NCBI GenBank assembly: GCA_001642005.1
Contig: LWCA01000039.1
Coordinates: forward strand, 1-64,000
DNA from: Intoshia linei
Lineage: Eukaryota > Animalia > Orthonectida
DNA length: 64,000 bases
Direction: 5' to 3'
The translations under genes were made by a program, and so were the position numbers. Below the pieces are notes generated by a model. The model saw nothing but the letters and a program-made list of their open reading frames with translations. It ran no database searches and was not told the DNA's origin. Within the stretch, counting starts at the first letter, position 1. Every line of letters starts with the position of its first letter. This document shows positions 14,801-27,842 of the stretch, in pieces.

Positions 14801-17800
14801 AATAAACGAATAAACTTTATTGCAGACTTCTTAAGCTGAGATCGATGGTTATTTGATTAATTTAGAAAATTAATTTTAAAATTTAATTAATATATTGTAA
14901 AAATTTCCCGTTTCCCAATTTTAATAGTCGAATTTTAGAAATTGATAAAATACATGGCCGTGTAGTATGAGTAATATCCTGTAAATCGCACCTATAATTT
15001 TATTTTTTAATATAATGATAAAAAGTCCGGCCACCTTCAATGCTACTCAAAGCAATATTTATATTGAATTTTTTATTATACAAATTATAGTGTTTTTGAG
15101 CTATGATTTAGTAAATCAGATTTACAATGCTGTAGATCTCGAAATTTCAATCTTTGTTAAATATCTTCCAATAATGTATTTTACAATGGGTACCCGCGTA
15201 CCCGTTTCTTGAGAAGTAATGCGAGAAAAAAAGATATTTGGCTTAGTCCTCATTACTACATGCTACTCCGCGGAGTAGTACAGTTCCGTGAAAATTATTA
15301 CCTGGTTCGCGAATAAATTGTAAAAAAATGTTTACTAATTAGAAGTCAATTTATTGCGTTTTTTATCAAATTTTTTTAAATGTAGTAGTTTCGCTTTAAT
15401 GGTCCGTGATAAATATTACAATTTATTACCGGTCCACCGTGAAAAAAGGCGAAACCCTTGGATTATACCAACTTGATATCAAATTAAAAAATAAAAACTA
15501 TGGTAACAACAATTAAAATAAATTAAATGTTAAGGTTTTAAAAATTATATTTATAATAACTAATTTGCTTGCGGTAGCCGGACTTTTTCAAAATTTAAGC
15601 TTAAAAAACTATATCACAACTCTGAAGTGTATATTTCTCACCTTGTAGTACCCTGTATTTTTGATTTAAAAAAAAGTTAACACCCTAATGTATAGGGTCT
15701 TCACTTTTATTTATTTATTTAACTTTACTTAGAATTTATATTAAATGTTTAAATTTACCACAACTATAGATTCATCTGGCAGACCCACCTATGTGATCAT
15801 GTGCAATATTGTAGAGATATAAACATGTCGATTGGAACCGTTTTAAATTACTATCCATTATACACTATCAATTTAATGGTTTTATTTCATAGAAATTCAA
15901 AATATCCAAAAATATTAAGAAATAAAACAAACTACATTTGTGAATATTTATATCAAGTAAATGAACTATCTCAAAATCAAAACACAGAGTCTAAAACTGA
16001 AAATAATGGTAAATTGATCAATTTTAAAATTATCAAATTATAATAATATAAATTGAGGTTAACAAATAAAATAATGAAATTGTTGGGTGCACTTTTTAAA
16101 AGTGTTAAAAAATCTTATAAATAAAATACTAATAATAAAATAAATAATAAAACAATCTGTACTTTCCCACAATAATAAAGCAACATTAAACTTATGATAA
16201 TTTCCTTATCTTAAAGTGTATTATTTATTTAATGATACGTTTCTTTACACGGTAAATGTAATATGTCTAAGTTTAAACTTTAAACATATTGAAAATCTAT
16301 AACTAATTGCTGACGACGTCGCAATACAGACTTGGGAATATTATTCCACATTAATTAAATATACTTATATTATTCAATTTAGATTATATTAATATACACA
16401 CGGAAAGCATTACTACAGTTGAAGCAGTTTCAAATTTTTCCCTCGACACTTATGGAAATGTCAATACAGACGATGTAGACCAAGATAGTTTTTCATTAAA
16501 GAATGTCACTTTCGATAAATACAACCAAAGGACAAAATTAAGGGCCATTACTGAATTATGGAATTGCGTTTATAAAGTAATTTTAAAACAAATTTATAAA
16601 TGTCGAATTTAAAGATACATGACACAGTATGGTAAATATATTAAACAAACATATAATAATGTTACAAATTAGGAACCTTACAGAATAGTTGGCGCAATAA
16701 ATCGGGGTACATCGAGTGTAAACCGTTTATCGCAACTGACGGAAACCCAATATGAAGAAATTAAACAAACTCTCTCTACTTATGAAATTTTGAATATAGA
16801 ATTATTGGACAAGAGATTATCAAATAAAAAATACAGCCAAGATGAATGGAAAATTGAAAAAGAAATTGATGATAATATAATTTATTCTGAAAACGAGAAA
16901 GGAAATGGAAAAAAATTATCAAGGTCTTCGTCTCTACATGTTCAAAAATCGTCAATGCTTTTAGATTTACTGTACAAATCAAAATCTCAGTCACACTTAA
17001 ATAATTCAAACATTATTGATTCTAGGAATGATTTTACACTATCAAATAAAAGCAACGAAAATGTAAGTATGCTAGATCCAAGTAAACCTGGCAATAGCAG
17101 CGAAAGACAACAAGAATATTGGCCTCTTATAAACCAATTTAAAAAAATAGTTGTGACCATTTTCTTAAAAGGAAACAATTCGCTATACGACAGAACGGTC
17201 TGTCGGATAAACTTGAAAAAACAGAAAATTAATTCAGATTTGGATACTGATGAATCTTTGCAAAATAATTATTGTTGGGTTCATAATTACCGTCAAACAT
17301 TACCCACTTTTCAAATTGACAGTATAAACCACGCATCAATATTGATTAAATACTCTTTCGTGCCAGGTTCATCAAATGTACATATACCGATAACACATGA
17401 CATTCCTATCCTTATTCCAATTAAATATTCCAAATTGTACCAACCTAGAAAAACCAAATATAACTTTATCAACGAGGATTCTTGTCTGTCTGATGATTCG
17501 TATCAGTATCATTGCTGTTTTAGGCAAAAAAAGAAAAAATTAAAATATTCAAAAATTAATCAAGACTCAATTGCATCTCATATGATGAAATTTACAAAAA
17601 TTTCTAAATCAAACTCTTTCGACATTCACAAATTATTTCACAGTTTTTTAAAAAAAATCAAATTTAATCAAAATATTATTTACACTAAACTTAGTCAATA
17701 TAAATTTAGAAAACCCAAAAAATCATACCTTTTTGTAAATATTAATCTACCTAAATCTAAACTTGTTAGAAATTATGGCAATAAAATTGGCAAAATACTC

Positions 17801-20800
17801 TCCATTCAAAAAAATTTGTCCTTTGTTAATGTAGATAATAATGATATTCCTAATGATGATAATTATAAAGAAATACCGCATCTTATTAATTGCATTCAAT
17901 TGAAATTAATTAAATCTACCAGTATTCCATTGCATTTTACCGTTATCCCAGGAAAATTTGAATGCAGGATTTTAAATCAAAATAATTATTACGTTCTCGG
18001 TCCTTTTGATGTACCCAATATACCTAAAGCTCTTAATAATACCTGCACGATAGCTACTCACAAGTAATTTTTTCGTAATTACTTTAATTATTAAATAGAT
18101 TTATATTTCAAGTATTATTGAACTATATTGAGCAGGTTGGTTCAATTAAATTGGTTAAGTAAAAAAGTAATAAATATTTATCATGATTTTAAAATTGTTC
18201 TAGAATGTATCTTTTTTAAAATTCTATGATTCTTTCAATTATAATTTTTTTTACATTATTTTTTGGATTTTTGTCAAAATTAATGTCTGTAAATTCAAAA
18301 GAAAAATTTACAAAGTAATTTAAGAATATTTTGATTCAATTTACTGTAGTTCTTTGATCCCACATAGCACACGTTTGTAAATTTGAGTCGAGTCAAATTT
18401 ACAAGAATTAAAATACAATTACTTATTATATGAATTAAATTTAAATAAAATATTTTAAGCTAATTTTAAACAAACCAAAGTTAACATTAAATTTTAGATT
18501 GGTCACAAATATTGCCTCTTTTCAATGTCGTGTAATTCACTGTGTTTTAATGCGTTTGTCTGTTGTACAGATATATTATAAAGATAAAATGATGGCTATT
18601 GCTCATACAATTGGATCTGGGCCACTACCTAGACCAGAGCAGGTTTATTAATATGTTCAATATGTCAATGAAATCATAAGATTAAAAAAAAATTAAATAA
18701 AATGTAATAAATTGACTATTGAGTGATAACTATAACATTGTTCTCAAGGGGAATAACTAAAAAAAGAATCCGCGGGTAAGATGGAAAATATACATGACGG
18801 TATTTTAAATTACGATTTAAATTTTAAGTTAATGAATTAATAAGTTTGTCATGATCTAGATTCTAGAATAACAAGTCCAGGATATCATATATCATTTAAT
18901 ATTAATTAAAATTATATATTTTAAGTTATAAAAAACACTTGCGTTTTTATTTTTATTGTCCAAACTTTTCAATATACATAAAAAAAATATTAACAAACTA
19001 AATTGTATAATTAAATTAAATCAAAAAATTATATTTTAGTCAATATAGTACTTTTAAACTTTAAATTCGATTTATGCAAAACTATGATTATGAAAATACT
19101 ATAATTATCAGTATTATCCTTACTTATATAATATGCTTTGTTTGTCTGTGTGTGTTATCGTTTAAATCAATAACTACCAGTTTTAGAATTTTATAAAGTC
19201 CACATTTCAATTATAGTTTTTTTGAGTTGTAAGCAAAATAAATTTCAACCTCCCAAACTCACATCTTACGAATCAAAAAGCCGAATTGTCCTTTTTTTGA
19301 AAATCAAACAAATTGGAGAATTTAAAAAAATATACACTCTGATACGGATTTTAAAATCATAAATATTATTATAAATTTAAATTTAAAAAAAAATATCTTC
19401 AGGGCCAAACCCCAAATTACCCTTTTTTTATTATGAAAACAGCCCTAGAATTTAAAAAAAATAATAGGTGGTACAGTTGTATCCTGTTAACACACACAAA
19501 AATTTCAATCCGAATAAGTGACGCATTCACAGTCAAAAAGGCATTTTAGTATTCATATTTTTTTTCGAAATATTTTATTAAAACAAAAAATGTGAAATAA
19601 TTAACTGTCCGAAAATTAAAATAAAAAGATTATTCTCATAGAGCTTATTTCAGTTGATATAAACACAAAATTTTAACCCCACAAATCTACGCATTCCCGG
19701 TGAAAAATAATTTTTAATATATTATCATCCAATATTTTTTAAATATTTCGATTAAAATAAAAATTTAAGATGTAAATATTTATTGTACAATTTCAAAAAA
19801 AATGTGCATTGAACGTCTACACATTTCCAATAAAGAAATATTAATAAAAATCTAATTAATTCATTGCTACGCAATTTTGTCAATCTGAAATTATCATTTT
19901 GAAAACATTTTGAATAAAATTTAAATAAAACTACAACAACGAAACTAAAATAATACAACTTTGATAATATCATTTTTATATTTATTACAATCCTTTGCAA
20001 TATTGGTAAAATTCGACTAAAATATGTTTATATAGTGCTGATTCCGTTAATTATTGATACATAATTATATTTTTAAGTATTTATTAAATTGGTACTGAAT
20101 ATATATTATCGCATTAAAAATGATAAAATAGGTTTTTATAATTTTATTTTTTCTGGAATTTATGTTATTTATGACAATTTTCTAGAATTGATTGTTTTTA
20201 CTTTATTTTTAAATGTTAAAAAACAAAAAATTAAGATGGAATAATTCACTTTAAAGTATAAAGTAATGTGGTATGATGGTTCCACCTGAAACAAATTTGG
20301 AAACCACTCCTTTAAAGGATTGATAATAGTGAATAGTAGGATTTTTAAGTTAGATTTTCAACGTGAATTTATTTTTTAAGTATAATAAAAATGTGCTCTC
20401 GGCAGAGCTAGGTCCTGTTTGTACGTAGTATGTAAATTTATTTTTTGGTAGTATAAAAATGTTCCCTCGGTAGAACTAGGCTACGGGGATTGATAATAGT
20501 GAATAGTAGAATTTTTAAGTTAGATTTTCAACGTGAATTTTTTGATATAATAAAAATTGCTCTCGTCAGAGCTAGATGCTGATAAATTAGTAATCATTAG
20601 ACTACTAGATTACCTAATTATTAGAGCATAATATTTGAATCGCTCTACTAATCATGTGACGATGTAGCGATGACTATTGATACTTTATAACTAGTTTTTT
20701 AATATAATAACTTTATCAAAAAACAAAAAATTATTGACATATGCTGATCTTCACAATGTAATTAACAATAATGATAATAATAATTAATGGAATTAACAAG

Positions 20801-23800
20801 ATAAATTGGCGGATTATGGTAGGAATAAACTTTGATGTATCGCCCTAATAGGTAATATCTATATTTTTTAGAGACCCTGAACAGATATTATTGCAAGTAG
20901 TTCTTTGTTCATAGTTTCATATCTAATTCTAGTGTGGTTTACTAATTTACTTAAATATTACTCCCTCCGTTCCGAAATAATGTTTACATATATTATCATG
21001 ACTTTTTATTCCAAAATAATGTTTACATTTCCAAACTTTTATATCATTATATTCAAAAACATTTATTGATACTATTGTACTATTGAAACTAATTTTAATT
21101 CTGTATTTATTTATTAACAAATTTTGTAAACAAAACAACATTTTATTTAAGATAAGGAGTATTCAATTTTGCAGGGTATGCTCATTAATATTTTGCCGAG
21201 CCATAATCGCTTCTGGTTTACAAGTGATAAATATGGATAGAGTACCATTGTTTCGAATCCTTGCTTTGCCGATATGTGGCAAATTATACGTATTTCCCCC
21301 TTTCGCAAGCATCGTCTCCTCCATGCATTGTTGAACTAGTATTAAAAATACATTATCCAGCTTATCTGGGTGTAGCTCATTAAAAGCATTACTTACGCAG
21401 TTAATGAAATCATCAATGGTCTTCGGAGAATGTTAATGTTGAACGGATTGAATGGCTTTGAAGAACCTGAGATCGAATACCTTCATGTCGGAATATTAGG
21501 TGGTTGATTTTTAAACATAATGGAAACCCCATCTTTCGATCCCTTTTCCAGCATTTCTGGATCATCTTTTTTGAAATGCGGTTTGGTATTGTCTTGTTGA
21601 ATTCCATTCAATTCTTGGAAATTTTTGTTAGTATAGACGTAATAGATCGTAATCTATCATGAAAAATTAATAAAGCTTAAAGTTCACCAAAAACAGTGAT
21701 AATAGGAAATGTTTATCTCAAATCTAAAAATTATTTCGGAACAGAGGGAGTATATCGTCCTAGTTTCTTGCCTCAGCACTATTACCATGGAATATTATTA
21801 TGCACCGGTTTCTAAGATATAATCTACAGTGGGATTAAGAAGTAAGAATTGGTATACTCGAAAGTTTTCACATTTTCACATTTGTCAGTTCATTGGAATG
21901 GCTTTACTTTCTGTGACTTTGTGAATGTTCAAAATAAACAGTTCTACTTCAAAATATACATATCCTTTGATGTTAAAACTCCAATGGTATCCGCGTATTC
22001 CAATATCTCTTTGTAATTAGTGAATGGTTCTGAATGTTCGCAACCGATTAATGGCATCTATTTTAGACGGATATATTTTTATTTTTCCGTGTTCTATGAT
22101 TCTACCAAGAAACTATATGGTGTTGGATACAATGATGTATTTTTGTGTCTTAAGTATTAATCCGTGATTTCTTATTTTTTTAAGTACTATTTTGAAATGG
22201 TTGACATGTTCGCGTGCTGTGTGAGGTTCGATTATAATGTCGTTTATATAGACATGGGCGAAATTAATGCATTTTAAAATGCTGTTCATAATTATTTTAA
22301 ATAATTTATTTGACACGAGGCATTAAGGCGCGTTCGACATTCCGAATGGTAAAACTTTGAATTGATAGTATTTAAAGTCATGGTTTGTGGAGAAAGCTGT
22401 TTTATGGCGATTTAATTTATTTATGGGGATTTGCCAAAATCCAGATGTGATGCATAACCTAGTAAATATTTTTTTTCCGTTTAGTTAATAAAATAGTTCA
22501 AATTGATATGGGGAGGATATCTGTCTTTCACTTTTATATTATTTAGTGGTCGATGATCAACTATGAATCTGTAGCTTCCATCTGATTTCTTTTTGAAGTG
22601 TTGTGACTGATGTTTACTGTTAGATTCTTCTTTTATATCATTTTTGATCATTTCTTTTTCTGTTATTCAGTATTCTTTAATTTAACCAGTTATTACCAGT
22701 TAATCAGTTATTTAAAACTTTTTTTATGTATTTGCTGCTTTTGAAAAGTTTTTTTTAATTTTTTTATTATTATTTGTGTTTTCTATTGTTTGAATAAAGT
22801 TTACGTATGATTTTATAGGCACGTTAATATATTAGGTTATTCTCACAATCGAAACTGCAGCTGACAAAGTTGATCTAACAAAGTTGACAAAGTCTGTGTA
22901 TCTGTTTAATAAAATAGTTAGTTCTTATTTTTTATTGATTTTTGAATAAAAATGTGACATTTCATTTTGATTCTACCTGCCGTTTGTACTAAAATATTTG
23001 TTATTTAATAAGTATATATAATATATATATATATATATATAATAATAAATATTTTAATAAGTTATATTTAAGATAGACTTCTCCATTAATGTTTGATATG
23101 TAGATTTGTTTATACAGTTGACGATTGCGGTGTGTCTATAATAAAAGGTATATTCCACAGATAGATCAGTTATTATTATTTGATTAATTAAAACCGCTAA
23201 TTGGACAAATGCATATTAATGACCTTGAATCGATAGTATAATATAATAATATCAATCTCAAGAATCTTGAGAATGTGATATTATTAATTTTACCGAATTT
23301 AACTTATAGCCTAATATCATATTTATAATAATTAATAAGTGTTATTATTTCAATGCAAAAAATTCTTATTTCTTCAAGGGTGGCCAACTGGTTCGTATAA
23401 ACTAAAAAGGTTGGGCTATTTAATGCAATTTGTTTAATAAGTTTGGTAAAATCAGGGTTTAAAGGTAATGATGGTCAACATGTATAATTCAATGATGCCA
23501 ACTCGATAAAATTTGTACTTGCATAATTACCTATCAAATTTTTAAATATTGTTATTAGTTTAATTATTAAACCACATCTCTCGGAAGATATCATTACATA
23601 ATCTGTTACAAAATAAAGGCTGTAGTTCCCATTAAAAATGCGATAACATGCGGGTAATTTTTTATAAGAAACTTGAAATATAGAATAATATAATTTGGTT
23701 ATTGTTGTATTATTGATGAGAAGGTCATTCTTGGTAATTTGATGATTAAATGGATTTGATTTGATTTTTTGTTGTTTACTTCTGGATGTCTCAACATTGT

Positions 23801-26800
23801 TTTTCTCTTTTTTTAAGACTTTGTTGTATATGAAGATGATTAATTCATTAAGACAATAAGACTTCCTCGTTATCTGAATCTTCATCTCTTTCTTCTCGCA
23901 TCTATATCTCCGGAGCTTCATCATTACCAAAGTTCACCACTAGAGTATTTCCATTACGTAAATATTGGGCTACATAATCGTGTATATCAATAAAAATAAT
24001 CCTATAATTGTCCTACGTATATCAGCATGTAAATTACCATTATCTATGAATTCTTGTTGCTGTGAACTGTGCTGTTTTATTTCTATATTTTTGTATATCT
24101 TATTGTATGTATATTATTGTGTATGTGTATAGAGAATTATAGTGATATTTATTTACGTACGTTGCATGATCAAAATCGGTAGTTGTGTGTCCAAAGTATC
24201 GTGGAAATTTAGAGCTAACTCTTTTGATCATTTTATCATTATTAATTGAAATCCATCAATTGTTGTTGCTTGACAATCATTGTTAGAGAGAATCGAAGAC
24301 TCTTTTAACGATAATTCTAATCCTATAGAGGCTGCTACATCTTTCATTGAATAAAGTAGTATATTAAGAAGAGTAAAATTGATTCTATTTATATAGAATG
24401 TAGTTGTTATCATATTATCACCTTTTACACGTACATTAACAAGGAAATTATAAAGATAATGATGCCAATGAGCTAACCCAGGAGGCAGAAGTGATCATAT
24501 AGCTTAATTTATTCCCTGTTGAGCCCGAATGACCCTATTGTATATGGTATTACATTGAGAAAATTGGTTGTTATTATATTAGGAACAGTAACTGATATTG
24601 GATGTGGGTCCAATCAGAATGTTTTATGGTTTCATATCTCTATCCATTATCTAAAAGTATAATATAGTTGACGTTTTTATATAGAACAGATTTACTTGTT
24701 TTTCATGGAGATAATCCAGACCTCTGATTATTCCTTCCAGAGTAATAATCCTGTCAATGTCTCTCATTTCTGTCTTTGTTTCTCTTAACAATACTCCTAG
24801 ATTACATAATTATTGTATTACTACATTCACGTTATGGCATATTTATCTGTATTAGGAAATATTGTTTTATTTCGACAATATTTACATGATCTACCATCTT
24901 TTACATGGTAAGTTCTTTTATTACATTTTCAGAAATCTAATTCACGCGTTGTCACATTTGTAATGGTATATTTTGTCAATAATTTTGTTGGACGATATAA
25001 ATTATATATTATGTCGTTTTATAAATGAAGCTAGCATACCCTTCGACGCTTTAAAATTTTGATTTATAAAAAACTTGGAAATTTGTAACATTTTTGTTGT
25101 AAAATTTCTCCACTAACATTTATATTTCGTGTTCATTGAATTTGAAACCACTCGTGAAGAATAACATCTACTTGATTTCCGACCTTAAATGAGGTTTACG
25201 TTTTTGATTGACGTTTACTATTGAGTCCTTATGTTTTAAAATATTGTGTATCGTTCCTACAGATATATCATGTTTGGCAGCTAAAAATTTCTGAGAACAA
25301 TTGGCATCGTCTTTAAATAATTCTAATAATTTTCTTTTTTCATTCAGAGATAAATCTTTTCTTTTTCGCTTGTTATTTTTATTTTTAATGTTCATATTAA
25401 AAAATAAAAATATAATAATATCAGTATAAATGTGACAGTAAAATATAATAACGCCCAAATTGAAAAGATTCATATAAAACAAATCAAATTTAATAATGTT
25501 TCTATACAAAAAAATCAATATTTATTAACTGTGTTCAAATTAAGCTGTATTCATATTGAACAGATTTGACGGTAATTCATTAATAGTGTCTTTGCAAGCC
25601 ACAGTTTGTCCATATTTACATATCGGTTTACAGACTTGTCGAAATTTTAATTTTAATGGATTTAACAATGATACCTTTAAATAAATGTATATTTACACGC
25701 ATCCACCTTTTCCAATCACTTTAGTAAGTTTATACCAATTTTTTTTTTCCTACCAAATGTTTTGAATTATATTAATATTCATCATATATATTATAATAAT
25801 ATACTATATATACAATTAATATATATAGTATATTAAATTAAACAGGTTGTAAACGAACATGAATCAATAACACTAGTCAAAAGGAAAGGAGAAAAGGCCA
25901 TGCTTATAAAGAATAATAGAGGAGACTGGGGAATTGTTAAGGCCGTATGGCATGCGGGTAGACGCAATGCAAGTAATAAGAAAAAAGGTAACTTTTTTTT
26001 TAAACCGAATCCTCATATTTTGATAAACTGTGTCTCTTTTTTGACTTGATAATTGTGTGATAATAATTGATAATCCATATAAGCACACTTTATATATGTG
26101 TGATTATATGGAGTCTTTAATTCTACTTGTTGGTGTTAATAAAGTAGCTATGCGTTAAATTTTTATAAATTTTCTACCATTTTTATATATCGACCCATTT
26201 GGACTCACTCGATACTAATTAGAAATAAAATGTCCAACTATTTTTCGCGCATTTGATGACGTATTGGCTATTTTGCTGAATCTAATCTATTTAGGGTATG
26301 GAAAACTATATGTGGAATTTTGCAATTTGATTACAAACAAAAAATATACAGTTAACGTGGTAAATATTAATTATACCAATATAATTTAATTAATAAATTT
26401 TATTAACTGAAAATGATTATTAGATACGTGCTTCACAATAAATTTCAGGTGGCATTATCTAATTAATAAAAAAAAATTTCACTTTACCTTCGATTAAATT
26501 TATTGAAAAATGGGTCGAAAGTGTAGCTCTAATTAACATTACATAATTTTTCAAATTTCAAAATCTCACGTTATCTCTAAATAATATTTTATAATCCAAG
26601 ATTATGTGTCGCCTTTTTTAGACACTGTACAAATATATTGATTACTAATTTAAATTATTTTTAGTATGAATCAAGCGAAATAATTAGCATTTTACGAATA
26701 GCGGGCATCGAAATAAATGTAAAATCTGCAGACATAACAATTGAAACTGAAAAAAACTGCATATACCCAACAGATGAATTAGAAAGCGAACCAATAACCA

Positions 26801-27540
26801 TTGACGATTTATTTAATAGTCAGAAAATACCTACCGAAAATCAAACATATAAACACAAAAATCAAGACGATTTAACGAAAATGATACAACAAAGGTTGTG
26901 CCAGCAAAACGCATGCACCAACAACTACGATCTATGTGAACGGTTAGCCTTGGCTTTTTCAATATCTGTTTTATATGTGTTATGTGACCCTCAACCACCA
27001 CGGATAAAACATAATTCTCAAATACTAAATACTAATATGCAAAAATCAAGAAGAAACAATAAAATTCAATGCACCTCCTCTCAAATTATGGTACCTCCTA
27101 TATGTACAGCAGATATAACTTTGGCAAGCATTAATAATGACAATTTACCTTTACCTTTCAATTTACGTGTGGACCAAAATTTAGAACAATCCGCAGTAGT
27201 AACAAATATTAGCCATGGTATGGAAGACATGAAATTAATTATGGCAGGTGGGTACATGACGAATGTTTTTACATATTCACCTGAAATTCTTGACGAAATG
27301 AATGAAAATGCCGCAATGGGTATGGAAAGATGTATGGAAGAAATTACTCCAGAACAATTAGAAGTAGGTGACGAAGCAGCAGACGCAGATGAAGATTATT
27401 GGGACCTACTCAATGCTGAGTATGATTCCGCGCAAGGATCCGGATTTTCTGATGCTGGAAGTTCATATTTTGGATCGGAATTTGGTAGTGATAAAAACAG
27501 TTCCATGGATACTACCAATAATTCAAGTTTTAGTAGCTAA
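11897..27540 (+). CDS. Glycine-rich domain-containing protein (GRDP/DUF1399)-like, 9 exons, ~1306 aa
   Basis: Exons 11897-12404, 13831-14191, 15770-16008, 16383-16576, 16673-18063, 18498-18642, 25846-25987, 26295-26359, 26665-27540; all GT-AG, sum 3921 nt in frame. Two GRDP repeats: RYFDKWLPLL..LIAPLDVKWAWHSHLMHPKIYRKD and AISRYKKY..TPTEDMRFIWQTHLCDHVQYCRD. Also EPYRIVGAINRG, LIKNNRGDWG and LALAFSISVLYVLC. The start codon may lie in an unseen upstream exon. Confidence 0.85.
12808..12985. repeat. ~30-bp minisatellite (TTAAGGGTTGGTAAGACTGAATTTTTCCC-like, ~6 copies)
   Basis: Tandem degenerate units visible directly. Related reverse-complement units occur at ~31340-31550, so it is probably internal to a dispersed element. 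Confidence 0.7.
14593..14664 (+). pseudogene. tRNA-derived relic / SINE head
   Basis: 72 nt with A box TGGCAGAGTGG, B box GGTTCGAAT, terminal pairing GTCTA/TAGAC and a downstream T-run. Anticodon arm and T-stem do not pair. Confidence 0.55.
19130..20580 (+). mobile_element. Composite repeat block with tandem Helitron-like 3' ends
   Basis: 19130-19480 is the reverse complement of ~3190-3570. 19990-20430 matches 10830-11050 and 33090-33655. Three CTCGGCAGAGCTAG-like copies lie at ~20398, 20466 and 20562, with a tandem duplication at 20317 vs 20487. Confidence 0.6.
20961..21750 (-). mobile_element. Internally deleted DD39D mariner (Stowaway-type TIRs)
   Basis: TA|CTCCCTCCGTTCCGAAATAAT ... ATTATTTCGGAACAGAGGGAG|TA. 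Minus strand gives IQQDNTKPH...QPPN(fs)PDMKVFDLRFFKAIQS (39 residues between the 2nd and 3rd D after repairing one frameshift) and DNVFL..QQCMEETMLAKGGNTYNLPHIGK. Confidence 0.9.
21780..24950 (-). mobile_element. Decayed Ty3/Gypsy LTR retrotransposon (RT clear; gag/protease region uncertain)
   Basis: Minus-strand RT motifs DGSYRFIVDHRPLN, SGFWQIPI..RHKTAFST, YQFKVLPFGMSNAP and HVYINDIII..EHVNHFKIVLKKIRNHGL at ~22090-22600. Many stops and frameshifts; boundaries approximate; LTRs not identified. Confidence 0.7.
25030..25572 (-). mobile_element. pogo/Tigger transposon 5' fragment
   Basis: TA|CCGTCAAATCTGTTCAATATGAA end. ORF has KRKDLSLNEKRKLL..SQKFLAAKHDISVGTIHNILK (CENP-B/psq HTH), then DVILHEWF..INVSGEILQQK (Tc5 HTH) in a shifted frame. 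Confidence 0.8.
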
Positions 27541-27842
27541 TGTTATGGTTAGGTGTCGCGATTTTATATATTGTAAACAAATAATTTCAACTAAATTATT
27601 TTATTTAAATTTAAAATGCAAATAAAAACTACCATCTTTATCATTGTTTCTTAAATTAGGGTTTAATTTACAGGGGACCGTGAAATATTATGTATTAATT
27701 ATTTATAATTCGTAAATATTTTATAGTTATGCTAAAAATATAAAAATGGTATCTTGAGCTCTGATCGACGGTACACTTTTTTACTGAGTATTTAAAAACA
27801 TGATAAATCATAAATGTTAATAAAATTTTATTTATAAATGAA

